DNA of 64,000 nucleotides from an uncultured delta proteobacterium (GCA_963850305.1 CAWKKR010000001.1:704001-768000); one strand, 5' to 3'; counted from the stretch's first letter, positions 33,183-45,286 are shown. Translations and numbers: made by a program. The notes: generated by a model not told the origin, from the sequence alone.

Positions 33183-33770
33183 TCAGCAGAGAACGAGGCA
33201 CGCGTTCCCGTACGCGGATTGGGTGCAGGTCGTACCGTACTGCGTGCAGTAGGCGTCGCTCTGACAGAGCGGCGGAAGCCCGTTGATTGTCGCGCAATAC
33301 GAGATCCCGAACGCGAGCGGCGAACAGACGAGCGTCCCGGGGCATTTCGACGGCGTCCCGCCCGCTCCGCTCATTCCGCCCGCCGATGACGCGCCACCGA
33401 ACACCGAGCCGCCGGCGCCGAAGTCCGCGCCGCCCTGATTGCCCGCGTCGAGCTCGACGCTGTTGAAGCCGCCAGAGCCGAGCTCCGCACCAGCGAACCC
33501 GCCCGCGTTGAGCTGCGAGCCGCCGATCGAGCCATTCGAGCCGCCGGCCCCCGACGTCTCTTCGAACGGTGCCCCGCCGGAGGCATAGTCGAACGTCCCA
33601 CCCGTGGCCGCACCGCCCGCGGCCCCGCCTTGCCCGGCCGAGAAAAGCCCGGAATCCGAACCACCACTGCCGCACGCGATCAGCGTGAACAGCGCGAACG
33701 CCCCGACTACCGGGTTCTTCCAGCGGCAGGCATGAGTACGACGACGACGGTCGGAACGTGACGGACCCAT
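33183..33770 (-). CDS. Gly-rich lipoprotein with Cys-rich C-terminus
   Basis: LIAC lipobox; Gly/Ser linker; Cys-rich C-terminal domain. Confidence 0.65.
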   Translation of the reverse strand: MGPSRSDRRRRTHACRWKNPVVGAFALFTLIACGSGGSDSGLFSAGQGGAAGGAATGGTFDYASGGAPFEETSGAGGSNGSIGGSQLNAGGFAGAELGSGGFNSVELDAGNQGGADFGAGGSVFGGASSAGGMSGAGGTPSKCPGTLVCSPLAFGISYCATINGLPPLCQSDAYCTQYGTTCTQSAYGNACLVLC

Positions 33771-33974
33771 CGGATGAACACCGAGGGTAGCAGCGAATGA
33801 TCACGCACGCGGGCCGCCATTCCGAGATCGCTCACACTCGACCCTACAACCGATCCAAGAATCCGACATCGTTCGCGTTCGCGCGATGCGTTCCGCCCGT
33901 CGAGACGCCACCGTCCACGGGGATCACGGCGCGCCCGACTGCGCCTTTCCGATACAGCTTCGACTCGGGATCGG

Positions 33975-34290
33975 TCGAATCAGGCGCGCGTGTCGCGCCT
34001 GCTCGACGACGCGACGGAAGAACTCGCGGGCCACGTCACGCTCCATGATCCGCTCCCGATTCTTCGAGAACGTGCTGTGGTCGAACGGCATGCGCGTCAT
34101 GTCCATGTCGAGAAACCACCGGAAAAGCATGTTGTATCCGAGCTGCTCGCACAGCATCCGCTCGCTCCGAAGCGAGTAGAATGCGATCAGCAGGGCCCCC
34201 TTCAGCAGCGTTTCCGGCGGCACCGAGTCCCTTCCGCTGCTTGCGTACATCTCGTCGAAGCGGCTCGACAGCTTCTTCAGCGTGCCGAAG
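33975..34290 (-). pseudogene. IS5-family transposase internal fragment
   Basis: GRDSVPPE...RSERMLCEQLGYNMLFRWF...DHSTFSKNR. Confidence 0.75.
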
Positions 34291-34839
34291 AAGTACTCCT
34301 GCATCGAGTCACTCCGGAGCCCAATTATGGGCGCGATGACCCAAGCCGAGCTGTCGGGGCCCCCGCCCGAGAATCCACGCGCTCGTCTGACCGAGTCCGG
34401 TCAGGGTGCCACCGACGGAGAAGACGTCCGTGAGCCAGTATTCACTGGCGACGCCGGCGCGACCTCCGATGCCGAGACTCCCCCCACCGGCGCGCACTTC
34501 ACGGCCGGCGCGCCCGTGGAGCTCTGGTCCGACTCCGTGGGCACTTGGCTCGGCGCGGAGTGGGCGAAGCTCCCACTCCATTACGACATCGACGTCACCC
34601 AGGGCGGCAAGCTCGTGGGCCGTGCGTCGTGCGACACCGACACGGAGGACGGCACGAGCGTCTGCGGCGTGGAGTCGAACGCCGGCGGGCGGCACCACGG
34701 AGACTGCGAGGTGCACATGATCTGCGACCTACCGAAGCTCGCCCCGGGCGACGTGACGCTCAAGGTGACCGGTCGCATCGCCGACCCCTCTCGCGTGAAG
34801 AGCTTGACGCGCATGTCGCTCAACGTGCGCGAGAAATGA
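34282..34839 (+). CDS. hypothetical protein, possibly a fragment
   Basis: ORF with protein-like C-terminal half; no family recognised. Confidence 0.35.
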   Translation: MPKKYSCIESLRSPIMGAMTQAELSGPPPENPRARLTESGQGATDGEDVREPVFTGDAGATSDAETPPTGAHFTAGAPVELWSDSVGTWLGAEWAKLPLHYDIDVTQGGKLVGRASCDTDTEDGTSVCGVESNAGGRHHGDCEVHMICDLPKLAPGDVTLKVTGRIADPSRVKSLTRMSLNVREK

Positions 34840-34849
34840 TGCGCTTCTA

Positions 34850-35050
34850 CTAGGAAGGGGGGCGTTGCCCGCCCCCCGGGGCTTGCTACGCAACCCCTCC
34901 CCCCGGTACTCGCTGCGCTCGGTAGCTCCGCACCTCTTCAATCCCTCGGGGACGACGGCGTCGTCGATGCGGAACTACTGAAAACAGCCAGGCGGCGGGG
35001 GAGCGGTCGCGAAACCGCGGGGGCAAGGCTGGCAACGCCCCCTTTACTAG
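34850..35050. mobile_element. candidate MITE (201 bp)
   Basis: 18/20 inverted ends CTAG(G/T)AA(G/A)GGGGGCGTTGCC; CTAG at both termini; no internal ORF. Confidence 0.55.
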
Positions 35051-35280
35051 GGCCGAGGGGGCTCGGAGATCCGCGGCGCGCGGTCGACACCGCGTGCTCT
35101 TCGGGCATTCATCGTCTGTGACAGCACGTAGCCGAACGCTGCCGCGAGGAGCATGAGGAGGACCACACGTACCACTCCACCGCGCGGCGGCGGCTGGCGA
35201 ACCCGGACGATTCGAGTTTTTCCGGTGGCCTCGTGAGAAGGTCCCGGCGCTTCACCTGCCATCTGAACGCCCGTGGCCAA
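35047..35280 (-). CDS. small single-TM hypothetical protein
   Basis: VVRVVLLMLLAAAFGYVL hydrophobic helix. Confidence 0.35.
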   Translation of the reverse strand: MATGVQMAGEAPGPSHEATGKTRIVRVRQPPPRGGVVRVVLLMLLAAAFGYVLSQTMNARRARGVDRAPRISEPPRP

Positions 35281-35454
35281 GGGAGGGATGGCGCAGGTCT
35301 GGGCGGCGCGCCTCCAGGGCCGGCGGCCGAATCAGCGCCCCGACCACGACCGTGATCTCGTCGATCTCGTGGAGCCGTTCAAGTCCTCTACGTACCGGAT
35401 TCCTGGGCGGTCCTGCGGCGGAGGAGCCGAGTAGCCACGATAGGGGCCGCCGGT

Positions 35455-38400
35455 TCACGGGTACGGCGGATAGTCCGCACGCACGTTCGCGCAGGTAGCG
35501 GCGTTGCTCATCTTCTCGGCCTGGAACGTGGCGCCCTTCGCGGCGCCGGCGCTCGGGAGGACGTAAACCGGGCGATTGTTATCGACGAAGGTCGATTGGA
35601 AGGCGTTGCACGACAGGCCCGTGCCCGCGACTTCGCAGCCGAGAACGTGGTCGTCTTCCTGCGACACGGTCGCCGACCCCGAAAGGTGCGTGCAGTCCGT
35701 GAGCGTTCCGCTCAACGCCGCCGTCTGCCTGAGCGCCATGTCGACGTAGTCCGCTGGAGTGCCCCCAAAGGCGGCGGTAGTGGGCACGTTCGTTGCGGCG
35801 GTGACGCCAGGCATACCGTCGCCGTCCTGGTCGACCTCGGTCACTCCGGCCGCATTCAGCGGGCCACGCTCCGGTCGCAGGAGCACGTCATCCCGATGAG
35901 CGACGTGAACGCAGCGTTGGTCTTGTACGTCGCGCCCGCCTTCAAGGTCGAGAAGGTCGTGGCCACCGCGGACGCCGACAGGTAGTCGCTGTCGAAGAGC
36001 GTCGTCGGGAACGTGATGAAGTAGGTCGTCGTGCCGGCCGCGCTGGCCGTGCTCGTGAAGGTTGGGAACGAGATGCCGCACGGCAGCACCGTGGTGGCGG
36101 TACCGGACGCCGTCGAGGTGACGAGCGACCAGACCTGGACGTTCCCGGCCCCTTCGCCAGGTTGAGCGTTCCCGGCCCACGTCACCGGCACGGTGAGAAG
36201 CATCGCCCACGAACCGTCGACGTCGCACTGGTTCTGGCAGTTCGCATCGCACGTCGGCGTGTTCGGCGGCTCGCACTGCTCGCCGGTTTCGACCACGCCG
36301 TCACCGCACGCGACGACGCAGGATCCGCTCTGACAGACCTTCCCTACGCCGCACGTGACCTCGTTCTGGGTCGGGTCCGCGACGGCCTGGCAAAGGTGAC
36401 CGCTCGTGCACGTCTCCATCTGGCAAGCTGGAGCCGCGCTGCAATCGGTTGCTGGATCCGCGCACGTGAGAGGTGCAGTCGTTGTTGCAACCGTCGCCGT
36501 TCACCTGGTTGCCGTCGTCGCATTGCTCGCCCGGATCGACGATGCCGTTGCCGCAGGCGATGATGCAGGCCCCCGCGCTGCAAACTTTGCCCGACGCGCA
36601 CGGCTGGTCGTTTTGCGTCGCGTCCACCGCGTTCTGGCAGACGTGGCCGGCGGAGCACTGCGCGACGTAGCAGACGGGGGCCGCGGTGCAATCGGTCGAG
36701 GGGTTCGCGCAGCTGTACTGGCAGTTGTTGTTGCAGCCGTCGCCGTTCACCTTGTTGCCGTCGTCGCACAGCTCGCCGTCGGCCGCGTCCACCAGGCCGT
36801 TGCCGCAGGAGTTGATGCAAGCGCCTGCCGAGACAGACGAGTCCGCTGCCGCAGGCGTGGTCATTCTGGCTCGAATCGGGGGAGGACTGGCAGATGTGCG
36901 ACGCGCTGCAACTCTCCGTCTCGCACGGGACCGGGGTGCAATCCGTCGCCGGGGTGGTGCAGCTGTACTGGCAGTTGTTGTTGCAGCCGTCGCCGTTCAC
37001 CTTGTTGCCGTCGTCGCAGACCTCGCCCGGATCGACGTGACCGTTGCCGCACGAGTTCCCGCAGGCGCCGTTGGTGCAGACCTCCGAGGAGCCGCACGAG
37101 TTCCCGTTCTGGCTCGAGTCGGCGACTGACTGGCACAGGTGGGTCGTCGCGCTGCAAGACCACTTGTCGCAGGTGCCGGCGTTGCCGGAGCAATCCGTCG
37201 CGGGAGTCGAGCAAGTGAACACGCAGTTGTGCTGGCAGCCGTCGCCGTCGGTAGTATTTCCGTCGTCGCACTGCTCGCCCGCGTCGAGGATGCCGTTGCC
37301 GCATGCGTTCACGCAGGAGCCGGTGGCGTTGCACGTCAGTCCGCTACCGCAACTCTTGTCGTTCGCCGACGGATCCGCGACGGCCTGACACACGTGGCTA
37401 TTGGCGTTGCACGCCCACTTGTCGCAGTCGGGCGTCGTGCCGTTGCAATCGGTTGCGGGGTTGGTGCAGCTGTACAGGCAGTCGTTGTTGCAGCCATCGC
37501 CGTTCGTCTGGTTGCCGTCGTCGCACTGCTCGCCATCGGCCGCGTCCACGATGCCGTTGCCGCATGCGTTCGCGCACGCTCCCGACGAGCACACCTTCTT
37601 CGTGCCGCAAGACGTGTCGTCCTTCGACGTGTCGGCGACGCTGCTGCAAACGTGGGCGAGCGAGCACGTCTCCTTCTGGCACGCGGGGGGCACGGAGCAA
37701 TCCGTGGCCGGCGTCACGCAGCTGTAGGCGCAGTCGTTGTCGCAGCCGTCGCCGTTCACCTGGTTCCCGTCGTCACAGGTTTCGGTCGGTTCGACCACCC
37801 CGTTGCCGCAAACCGCGGCCGTGCACGTGCCGGTCTTGCAATAGGAGTGAGCGCCGCACAGCGTGTCGTCGGGCTTCGCCGTCGGTGTCGGAGCAGACGT
37901 GCGTGCCGTCGTTGCACGTGGTCGGCGTTTCGCACGGCGTCTGCAGCGCCGTGCAGTCGCGAGTCGAGTCGGTCGAGACGCACGAGAATCTGCAGTTGTT
38001 GTCGCAGCCGTCGCCGTTCACGAGGTTGCCGTCGTCGCATTCTTCGGGAGCCACCGTGATGCCGTCGCCGCACGACGACAGGGTACAGAGTCCGCTCTTG
38101 CAGACGCTTCCCGTCCCGCACGGCGTTCCATCCGTGAGATTCGTGCCGGGCACGCACGTGTGACCCGAGCCGCACGTCTCGACGCCGTCGCACGGCAGAA
38201 GGTCGTTGCACAGAGCGTCGCCGGTTCCGGGCAAGCAGAACCAGTGACAGGTCTTCGTGCACCCGGTCGTGCCCTGCACGGCAGGATCGCAATCCTCGCC
38301 TGGATCGACGACTCCGTTGCCGCACTTCTTGCCGGCATCGGCGGCGTCCGTTTCGCCGCCGGCGTCAGACGGCCGGCTGGCATCCGGGCCCGTAGCCACG

Positions 38401-38767
38401 CCGCCCGTGCCTGCAGTCGCGGCATCGGCGGGGGACGCGTCCTTTGCGAGCCGGCGTCGCTTCCTTGGTTGATCCCGCCGGTGCCCGTTGCTCGCGCATC
38501 CGTTTGCGCGTCCGTCAGCGAACCCCCGTTCGTGCCACCGCCGGCGATCGTTCCGCCAGTGTTTCCGGAACCGGCACTGGCGGGCGCGCCGCCGCCCGCT
38601 TGTCCGTTCTCACCGCCCGTCGCGAGCGAGCCCCCGAACGCACCCGTGTTGCTCGATCCGCCGGTGCCGTCGTTGAAGAGATTCGCGGCCGAGCCGCCAG
38701 AACACCCGCTCAACGCCAGCAAGGCACCGCCGGCAACCGGCAGCCACAAGAACTCCATCCTGCGCAT
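35455..38767 (-). CDS. large lipoprotein with Myxococcus cysteine-rich (DUF4215-type) repeats, frameshifted
   Basis: LSGC lipobox; many CGNG.VD.GEQCDDGN..NGDGC..C units across ORFs 37773-38399, 36344-37798, 36301-36864, 35856-36419. Confidence 0.8.
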
Positions 38768-39391
38768 CGAGCGACTCCTTGCCTGACGGAAGCTGAAAGA
38801 ATCCGGAAAGGCGATCGTACGCATATCCGCGGTGGCGAAGAAGATGGGAAGGGCAGCTCACGTCACCGGGAGCAGGTCCATTTCCAGACATGTAGGCGTC
38901 GCGAGGGCGCGACGTGATCCTCTTCAGAGCGTCGCCGGATTCGGGACGCTCGGGCAGATCGGCGGTTCACTCAATATCTACAACAACGCGGCGCTCGCCC
39001 AGTTCGACGGCATCGACAAGCTCACGGCAATCGGGCTGAACCTGGTGCCGTCCCCGTCCCGGCAACACGGGGCAACACGGGGCACGAAGAGCCCGCGTCA
39101 CCTACATTGACCTACACGCCCAAAAACTCAGGCTTATAAGGTTGGACGGTCAAGGGGCAATCGGGGGCGATCGAGAGCCTCTACGGCGCCGTTCGACATC
39201 GAAACACAAGGTAATGTGCGTGGGTTAAACGTGGCTCATGGTATGGCTCAAGTAAGGTAATGAGCGTGGGTTTTCATGGGTTTTCACCAGGAATTATCCA
39301 CGAAGCCTCATGAAGCGACCACTCTTGCCGCCTCGCCCAGGCACCTTCCCTTGGCGCGCATGTCATACATGCGGCGTGGGTCGCGGCCGCG

Positions 39392-40663
39392 TCAGGAGAG
39401 CGACTCGAGCTCGCGGTTCGTCGTCTCGGGGAAGAGGAACACCACAACGGCGCCGAGCGCCGTGACGCTCGCGACCCAGGGGATCGTCCGGGCGAGTTCG
39501 CCCGGGCTCTGGATTACCCAGCCGAGGACGAAGAGCCCGAGCGCGGCGCCGACGACGTCGAGGACTGCAAAGAGACCGGAGGCCGCGCCGCGGGAGCGAG
39601 TCGGAAACAGCTCGGTGGCCTGAGCGCGAAGAATGGCTCGGCCGCCCTGCGACGAGAACACGCACGCGGTCCAGGCGAGCGGCAGTGCCGCGCCCTCGCC
39701 ACGGTAGAAGATCGTCGCGAAGAGCGGGAACGACGCGAGCTGCGCCGCACCGACAATCCTCCGACCGAAGCGATCCGCGAGCCTTCCGGAGACAAGGTTT
39801 CCGATCACGCCCGCACCCCCCGACGCGACGACGAGGGCGGCGTACTTCTGCGGCGACCAGCCATGGACGGTCTGGGTGAAATACCCCGTGAACTGGAACG
39901 TCCCGATGATCCCGAACGACGGGAGGAGACCGCCGAGCGCGATCCCGACCGCGCGCAAAGGTCGCTCCTCTCCTAGCGCGCGGAGCGGCCGAAGCACGGA
40001 CCCGAGGCCGGCGAGCGGCGCGCCCGCGATCGATCGCGCGTGCTCTTCGAACCGGTGTGTCTCGGTCATGCGCTTCGAGAGGCCCGGATAAAGCAGCACG
40101 GCCGTCAAACCGACGGCATAGAGAAACCGCCACCCGAACGGGAGGTGGTCGACGAGCGCGAACAACACTGCCGAGAAGCCGTACCCGGTGATCGACAGCG
40201 CCCCGAGAAGTCCGATGCCGAAGCCACGATGCGCGGCGGGGAACTCTTCGGCGACGATGACGAAGCCGACCGCCGAACCCGTCACGAAGAATGTCCGGGA
40301 GAGCATCTGCGCCACGACGAACTCCGTCTCGGTACGGCAGAATGCCGAAGCGAACGTGAAGAGTCCGATGGCGACGACGGAAGCTAGGAAGACCCATCGT
40401 CGCCCGACCCTGTCCGCGAACGGAAGGAACGCGAGCGCCGGGAGGGCGCCGAGCCGGATGGTGCCGAGCACGCCGGGCAGTGCCGTCTCCCGGATGTCCA
40501 GGTCAGCGGAGATGTGCTTCAGCGCCGACGTGAGCGTCGCGACGTCGTACTCCTCGAAAAAGGAGGCGAGCGCGACCGCGAGGAGCAGCGCCAGGTGCGA
40601 GTCGAGAACGCCGTCCGGCACGCGCACCGCGGCCCGAAAAGGACGGAAGCCGGCACGTTCCAC
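39392..40663 (-). CDS. MFS transporter
   Basis: ADRVGRR and LADRFGRR motif A, EEFPAAHRG, ELFPTRSRG; many hydrophobic segments. Confidence 0.9.
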   Translation of the reverse strand: MERAGFRPFRAAVRVPDGVLDSHLALLLAVALASFFEEYDVATLTSALKHISADLDIRETALPGVLGTIRLGALPALAFLPFADRVGRRWVFLASVVAIGLFTFASAFCRTETEFVVAQMLSRTFFVTGSAVGFVIVAEEFPAAHRGFGIGLLGALSITGYGFSAVLFALVDHLPFGWRFLYAVGLTAVLLYPGLSKRMTETHRFEEHARSIAGAPLAGLGSVLRPLRALGEERPLRAVGIALGGLLPSFGIIGTFQFTGYFTQTVHGWSPQKYAALVVASGGAGVIGNLVSGRLADRFGRRIVGAAQLASFPLFATIFYRGEGAALPLAWTACVFSSQGGRAILRAQATELFPTRSRGAASGLFAVLDVVGAALGLFVLGWVIQSPGELARTIPWVASVTALGAVVVFLFPETTNRELESLS

Positions 40664-40772
40664 TTCGTCCAGGGTACTCGAGCCAAGGGTCCAGACGCGT
40701 GACGTAGCCGATGGAGCCGTGCAGCGTCACGCCGTCGTAGTGCCCGACGAAGCCGGCTAGACTCCGTGTTCG

Positions 40773-41849
40773 ATGGCGATGTCCCTCCACCGGCAGCGGG
40801 ATACACGGGTTCCGTGGCTCCTCCTCGTTGCTGCCTGCTCGGCGGCGGCGACAGGGGCCTGCGGGCGCATCGGCTACGAGTTCGTCCCCGGCGCGACGGG
40901 CAACGGCCCGGGCGGTCCCACCGGTGCCGGCGGTCTCGTGGGGGGCGCGGGCGCGGGAGATTCCGGGCGAGACGCATCGGCGAGCGACGCTGCCGGGTCG
41001 GGTGGAGCATGGAAGGACGCGGGAGACGGCGGGAGCACGGCCGGGGCCGGGGGAGCGGGAGACGCCGCGTCGGACAGCGGAGGCCCCGGTGTCGAAGGGG
41101 GGCTCGGCGACTCCGGCAGCGGCGCTCAGGATGCGGGGCCGCCGCCGTGCATCCTGTCGCCGCAGGATCTCCCGGACTGGTGCCAGCAGATCCCCGAGCT
41201 CGCCGCGCCACCGGTGATCGACGGCGCGCTCGAGTGCCCGCTCGCGCTCCGGCCGATCACCCCGCTCGGCTGGACTGCAGGCGGTTCTGCCGATGTCACG
41301 GTGGAGTATGCCATCGCATGGGCGGCGAGCGGGCTCTACTTCTTCGTCCGGGTTCACGATCCCGCCGTGGTGCCGGCGGCGCCGACGGAGTTCGTTTGGG
41401 AAGGAGATGCCGTGGAGCTCTTCGTGGACAACGACGGCGCGTACACGCAGGCGCCGGCCTTCGACGCCGAGGGGACGCGCCAGCTCATCGTCGCGGCGCC
41501 GGATCCGGCGGCGAGCGGTCCGTCGACGCGCGGAGTGATCTACCTCCAAGGAGGTGGCGCCAGCGTCCCCTGGACGTCGAGCACGTTCGCGAGCTTCCTC
41601 GAGCCGGACGGGTACGCGGTGGAGGCCTTGGTCGTCGCCGCCGACCTGGGGCTTGCGACATGGAGCCTTGCCGCGCAGGCCAGGGTCGGCTTCGACGTGG
41701 GCGTCGACGTGTCGTTCCCCACGGCAGCGCAGACGGGTCCCGAAGGTCACCGCATGGGCCAGTTCTTCCTGTCGCTCGCGCCCGCGGCCCCTCTCGAGCC
41801 CTACCAGAACGTGGGCGCATTCTGCGATCCCACGCTGGTCGCACGCTGA
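40773..41849 (+). CDS. lipoprotein with CBM9/DOMON-like sugar-binding domain
   Basis: TGAC lipobox; PVIDG...W...GLYFFVRVHD...WEGDAVELFVD...GYAVE...VGFDV. Confidence 0.7.
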   Translation: MAMSLHRQRDTRVPWLLLVAACSAAATGACGRIGYEFVPGATGNGPGGPTGAGGLVGGAGAGDSGRDASASDAAGSGGAWKDAGDGGSTAGAGGAGDAASDSGGPGVEGGLGDSGSGAQDAGPPPCILSPQDLPDWCQQIPELAAPPVIDGALECPLALRPITPLGWTAGGSADVTVEYAIAWAASGLYFFVRVHDPAVVPAAPTEFVWEGDAVELFVDNDGAYTQAPAFDAEGTRQLIVAAPDPAASGPSTRGVIYLQGGGASVPWTSSTFASFLEPDGYAVEALVVAADLGLATWSLAAQARVGFDVGVDVSFPTAAQTGPEGHRMGQFFLSLAPAAPLEPYQNVGAFCDPTLVAR

Positions 41850-42181
41850 AGGTCGCGTGCCTCCAACGGCATTGGATGGCGGTTTCGTCGTTCTCCTCGG
41901 CGTGACATTCTTCGTGTGGCGGGGCTGCAGCTCTGGCGGGGCGAACGACGAGGGATGGAGCGACACGGCGGGAATGTGGTGAAAACGTCGGAGGGCTCCA
42001 GCAGCTTCACGAGCACGGCCTTCTGCGGGGGGTCGACGCCGTTCGCGTTGTTGGCCCATACGACCCGCGGAGATCCGGGTGCTCGCACGGTGCCGTGCGG
42101 CAATGAGCGAGAAACAAGCCGGAATCAAGGGCTCTGACAGAGTCAGAGGGCTATGGGCGCCTCCGATGGCTCGGTGAATCC

Positions 42182-42923
42182 GTGAACGGCCCAGTCTCGC
42201 GCCGTCCGACGATGCCCGATACCGTGAGAGCGTTCGCGGACGCCATGCCCGACACGTACCGACGGCGGCACGCGGCTTCCGAGATCGAAGCACACTCCGC
42301 GATCGTCGGGCGTCGCGGTGGAGCGCTGGTGCACGTCGAGTCATGTCCGGGCCCCGCCGAAGGGGGGAACAGGACGTGGCTTTGCGTCGTTACCGACGAC
42401 AAGCCCCGGACTCCTGTCCTTGCTATCCGCCGCGCTCGCCGCCCAATCGCTGGACGTGCTCGCTGCCCGCATCTACGGTCGTCGCCGTCCGGGCAGGTCC
42501 GAAGAAGCTGTCGATCTCTTTCTCGTGCGGCGCCTGCGCACGTGCCACAACGCTCCGATCGACGCGAAGGAACTCGTCGCGATCCAGGGTTCGATGGCAG
42601 GGCTTCTACGCGGCGAGGTGCCGATCCCTCGCATCGAACGGCACCCCCCGAACACCTCGCGTCCGGCTCGGACGGCAGTATATTTCCGCGACGACGACCC
42701 CGAGCTACTTCTCGTCGAGACGCCGGACCGCCCAGGCATCCTCCTCGCAATCACGCTCGCGATCTTCCGCGAGCGGTTCAGCATCGCGCACTCGAACATC
42801 GCGACGTTCGCCGGCACCGCCTGCGACGAGTTCCGCCTCCGCGAGCTTGACGGTTCACGTCTGACCGACGGCCGGAAAACCGCTGTCGTCGAGAAGATCC
42901 GCGCCGCGCTGACTGAGCATTGA
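42182..42923 (+). CDS. stand-alone GlnD-like tandem ACT-domain protein, frameshifted near 42410
   Basis: MPDTY; DDKPGLL...AARIY...AVDLF; DRPGIL...IATF...DEF. Confidence 0.65.
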
Positions 42924-44024
42924 AGGTTCGCTGGGCCGCGCGTCGCTCCATCGTGATCGAAAGCACGGATGGGGACGCGCCGCGAGGTCTCCGAAGCCAA
43001 CGCCGAGCCGCCGACAGATTCCGCGACCGTGTGCCGTAGCGGGCCTCGCAGACGAGGTAGAGCGTTTCGCCGTCCGGGATGCGCTGCGCCCTCATTCCGG
43101 CGGAGGATAGACGACACGCCCCGCAAACACCCGACGGATAGCCGACATCTATGCGACGAGCACGCGGCGCCGCCTCAGGACGGTGGAGCGCGTCGAATGA
43201 AACCGATCATCCCGACGCCGTTGCGCGTCCGGACGACGACGTCGAAGCGATGACGACGGCCGACGAGTTCGAGGGCGCGAAGGACCGTCGTCGCGTCGTT
43301 TTGCACGACCCACCCGTGGCCAGCCCCTGTCGGACGACCAGATCAACGACGGTCTGCGGTTCTTGCGGAAATGGCACGACGAAAGTGTTGCCTCCCATGG
43401 GGGTCAGCACGCTAGCCGTTCGTGTCGAGCGCGGAAAACCTTGCGGAATTTACGTCGGTTCTGTCGGCTGCCCGTGACCTGGCCACCGCCCCGGTCGTCG
43501 AGACGCCAGCCAGGTCACCCGTGCTCGACGACCCGCACGCAGTGAGCAGCGCACCGACCGCGGCCCTCCGGACGCGGGCAAGGCGGGGCACGGTCAGAGC
43601 AAACATGACGGGGGCTATCGACTGGCAGGACGACGATCGTCTAACGGCGGGCGTCCGGGTTCTTTCCTCGATTCAGCAGGACGGCCAGCTCTCGAAGAGC
43701 GCTGCGAGCTTCACCCGGATCGGAAAAAGCAGCAATCAGGTGTGCCAGGCCGGGGGCCTCTTCTCGGAACTCGTCGAGCCGGGCGTTCGACCACAACCCA
43801 GCATTCTCTGCGTTCCGGCAGCGCCGAGCAGGGCTTAGCAGAGAGCGCTGACACTGCGAGCGTCGCTATGCCCTTCACCTGCTAGGTCAACGGAGGCGCA
43901 TCTTTTCATCTTGGCCGCACGGCGAGGAGCGGCGTCCCGAGGCGTTCACGGAGAGGGCGACTCTGACGCCGCGTTCCATCTGGCATCGGATCGGCTAGAA
44001 AGCAGAGCGCCGACCGTACCCCTT

Positions 44025-44555
44025 GTGAGATTATTCGATACGTTGCCCGAGAAACGTCTCGCACTCATGCCGCAGGGGATGCCGGCTCGTCATCAAGTCC
44101 ACGAGTCGCTGCTAGAGCTTCTGCTGGCATGCGGAGCTGACGTGAACCGGATCATCGATTCGTCCCAGGGGAACGTCGACGGGTTCGCACGCCACATTGC
44201 CCGAGCGCGGATGCTACCGACGACGCCGGAGCCACTCGTCGTGCTCACGAAGACGAGCCCGGTGGCCCTATCGGTGTTCAAGGTCCGTCGGGTTCTCGAA
44301 GACGCGCTACCTTCGCTGAAGCACGCGCCCTGGATAGTCTTTCACGATCCGGATGACGATCCATTCTTCGGCAAGGAGGCCCAGGCGACGGGGGCGCTGG
44401 ATGCCTCCATTGACGCGGCTCCGATCTGGACGACGTTCGGCTCCGGTGAGTACCTCGTCCTGGTCCCCGGCGTCGCCAAGGCTGATTTGAAGGCCCGCAT
44501 CGCCGATCTCCTGGTGTTGGCTGACACGGCGGCTGGAACCACGAAGCCACCGTAG
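44025..44555 (+). CDS. hypothetical protein
   Basis: Protein-like ORF; no family recognised; start uncertain. Confidence 0.35.
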   Translation: MRLFDTLPEKRLALMPQGMPARHQVHESLLELLLACGADVNRIIDSSQGNVDGFARHIARARMLPTTPEPLVVLTKTSPVALSVFKVRRVLEDALPSLKHAPWIVFHDPDDDPFFGKEAQATGALDASIDAAPIWTTFGSGEYLVLVPGVAKADLKARIADLLVLADTAAGTTKPP

Positions 44556-44620
44556 CGGGGCGCAGTTCACCGGAATGCCCAGGTGGGCGTCATCGCCCCT
44601 CCAGCAATCACGTCGTGTCG

Positions 44621-45012
44621 TCAATCGGCCCGCTTTGGTCGAAGCGGTGGCCCGATTCGTTCTTCGTCGTCATCGACATCGGCGGGCGGAGGTTCCGATG
44701 GCGAGAACATCGGTGGCTCGACGACGGTGTGCTCGGCGGTGTCGTCGAAGCGAGCGAGGGGAGATGCCGAAGGAACGAGCCGCTTCAGATCCGGCACGAC
44801 GTCGGGATTCGACTCCTCGTTGGCCTTTCGCTCATTAAGGGCCGCCAAGAATTCTGGGCATCTCCCCGATCCACTTCCAGCGAGCCTCTCCGACGGGGCA
44901 GATCAGAGCGTGCTTTGGAACCTTGCCGGACACGAATCCCCTGGATCATCAGATCCGTGCTCACCGGGCCGACGGGCACTTGGCCGTCTGGAGCTGTCAC
45001 CCACCATTGCAT
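44621..45012 (-). CDS. GYF_2-like domain protein, frameshifted
   Basis: WWV...VGPVSTD...W pattern plus low-complexity tail. Confidence 0.5.
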
Positions 45013-45286
45013 AGGAGACGAATCCAAGCGTACCACCCGGCTCAGCGCGTCGACCAGTTGAGGGCAGCAAGAATTCGTTCTGCCCGATCCGAGTGACAAA
45101 GCACCCAGCACGACAGCATGCCCCGGCGGTGCCCCGCGCTTCTTCGACGCCGCGGGTCGCGGGAAGCGACGGTACAGTGGCGCCAGCACGACCCGATCAT
45201 CCTCGGTCGGGCCAAAGACGTGGCCCCTGCTCACTGGAGCTGCCCTCCCATGGCCCTGGGGGCCTCGCCGCCACAGCGAGGCCCTC

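Noticed and set aside
36300..38100. Recurring GCAGCCGTCGCCGTTCACC as a non-coding array
   Set aside because: It encodes the NGDGC part of the cysteine-rich protein repeats.
40503..42344. Long antisense ORFs such as 40503-42344, 1999-3753 and 31185-32678
   Set aside because: Shadow frames of GC-rich genes on the opposite strand, with no motifs.
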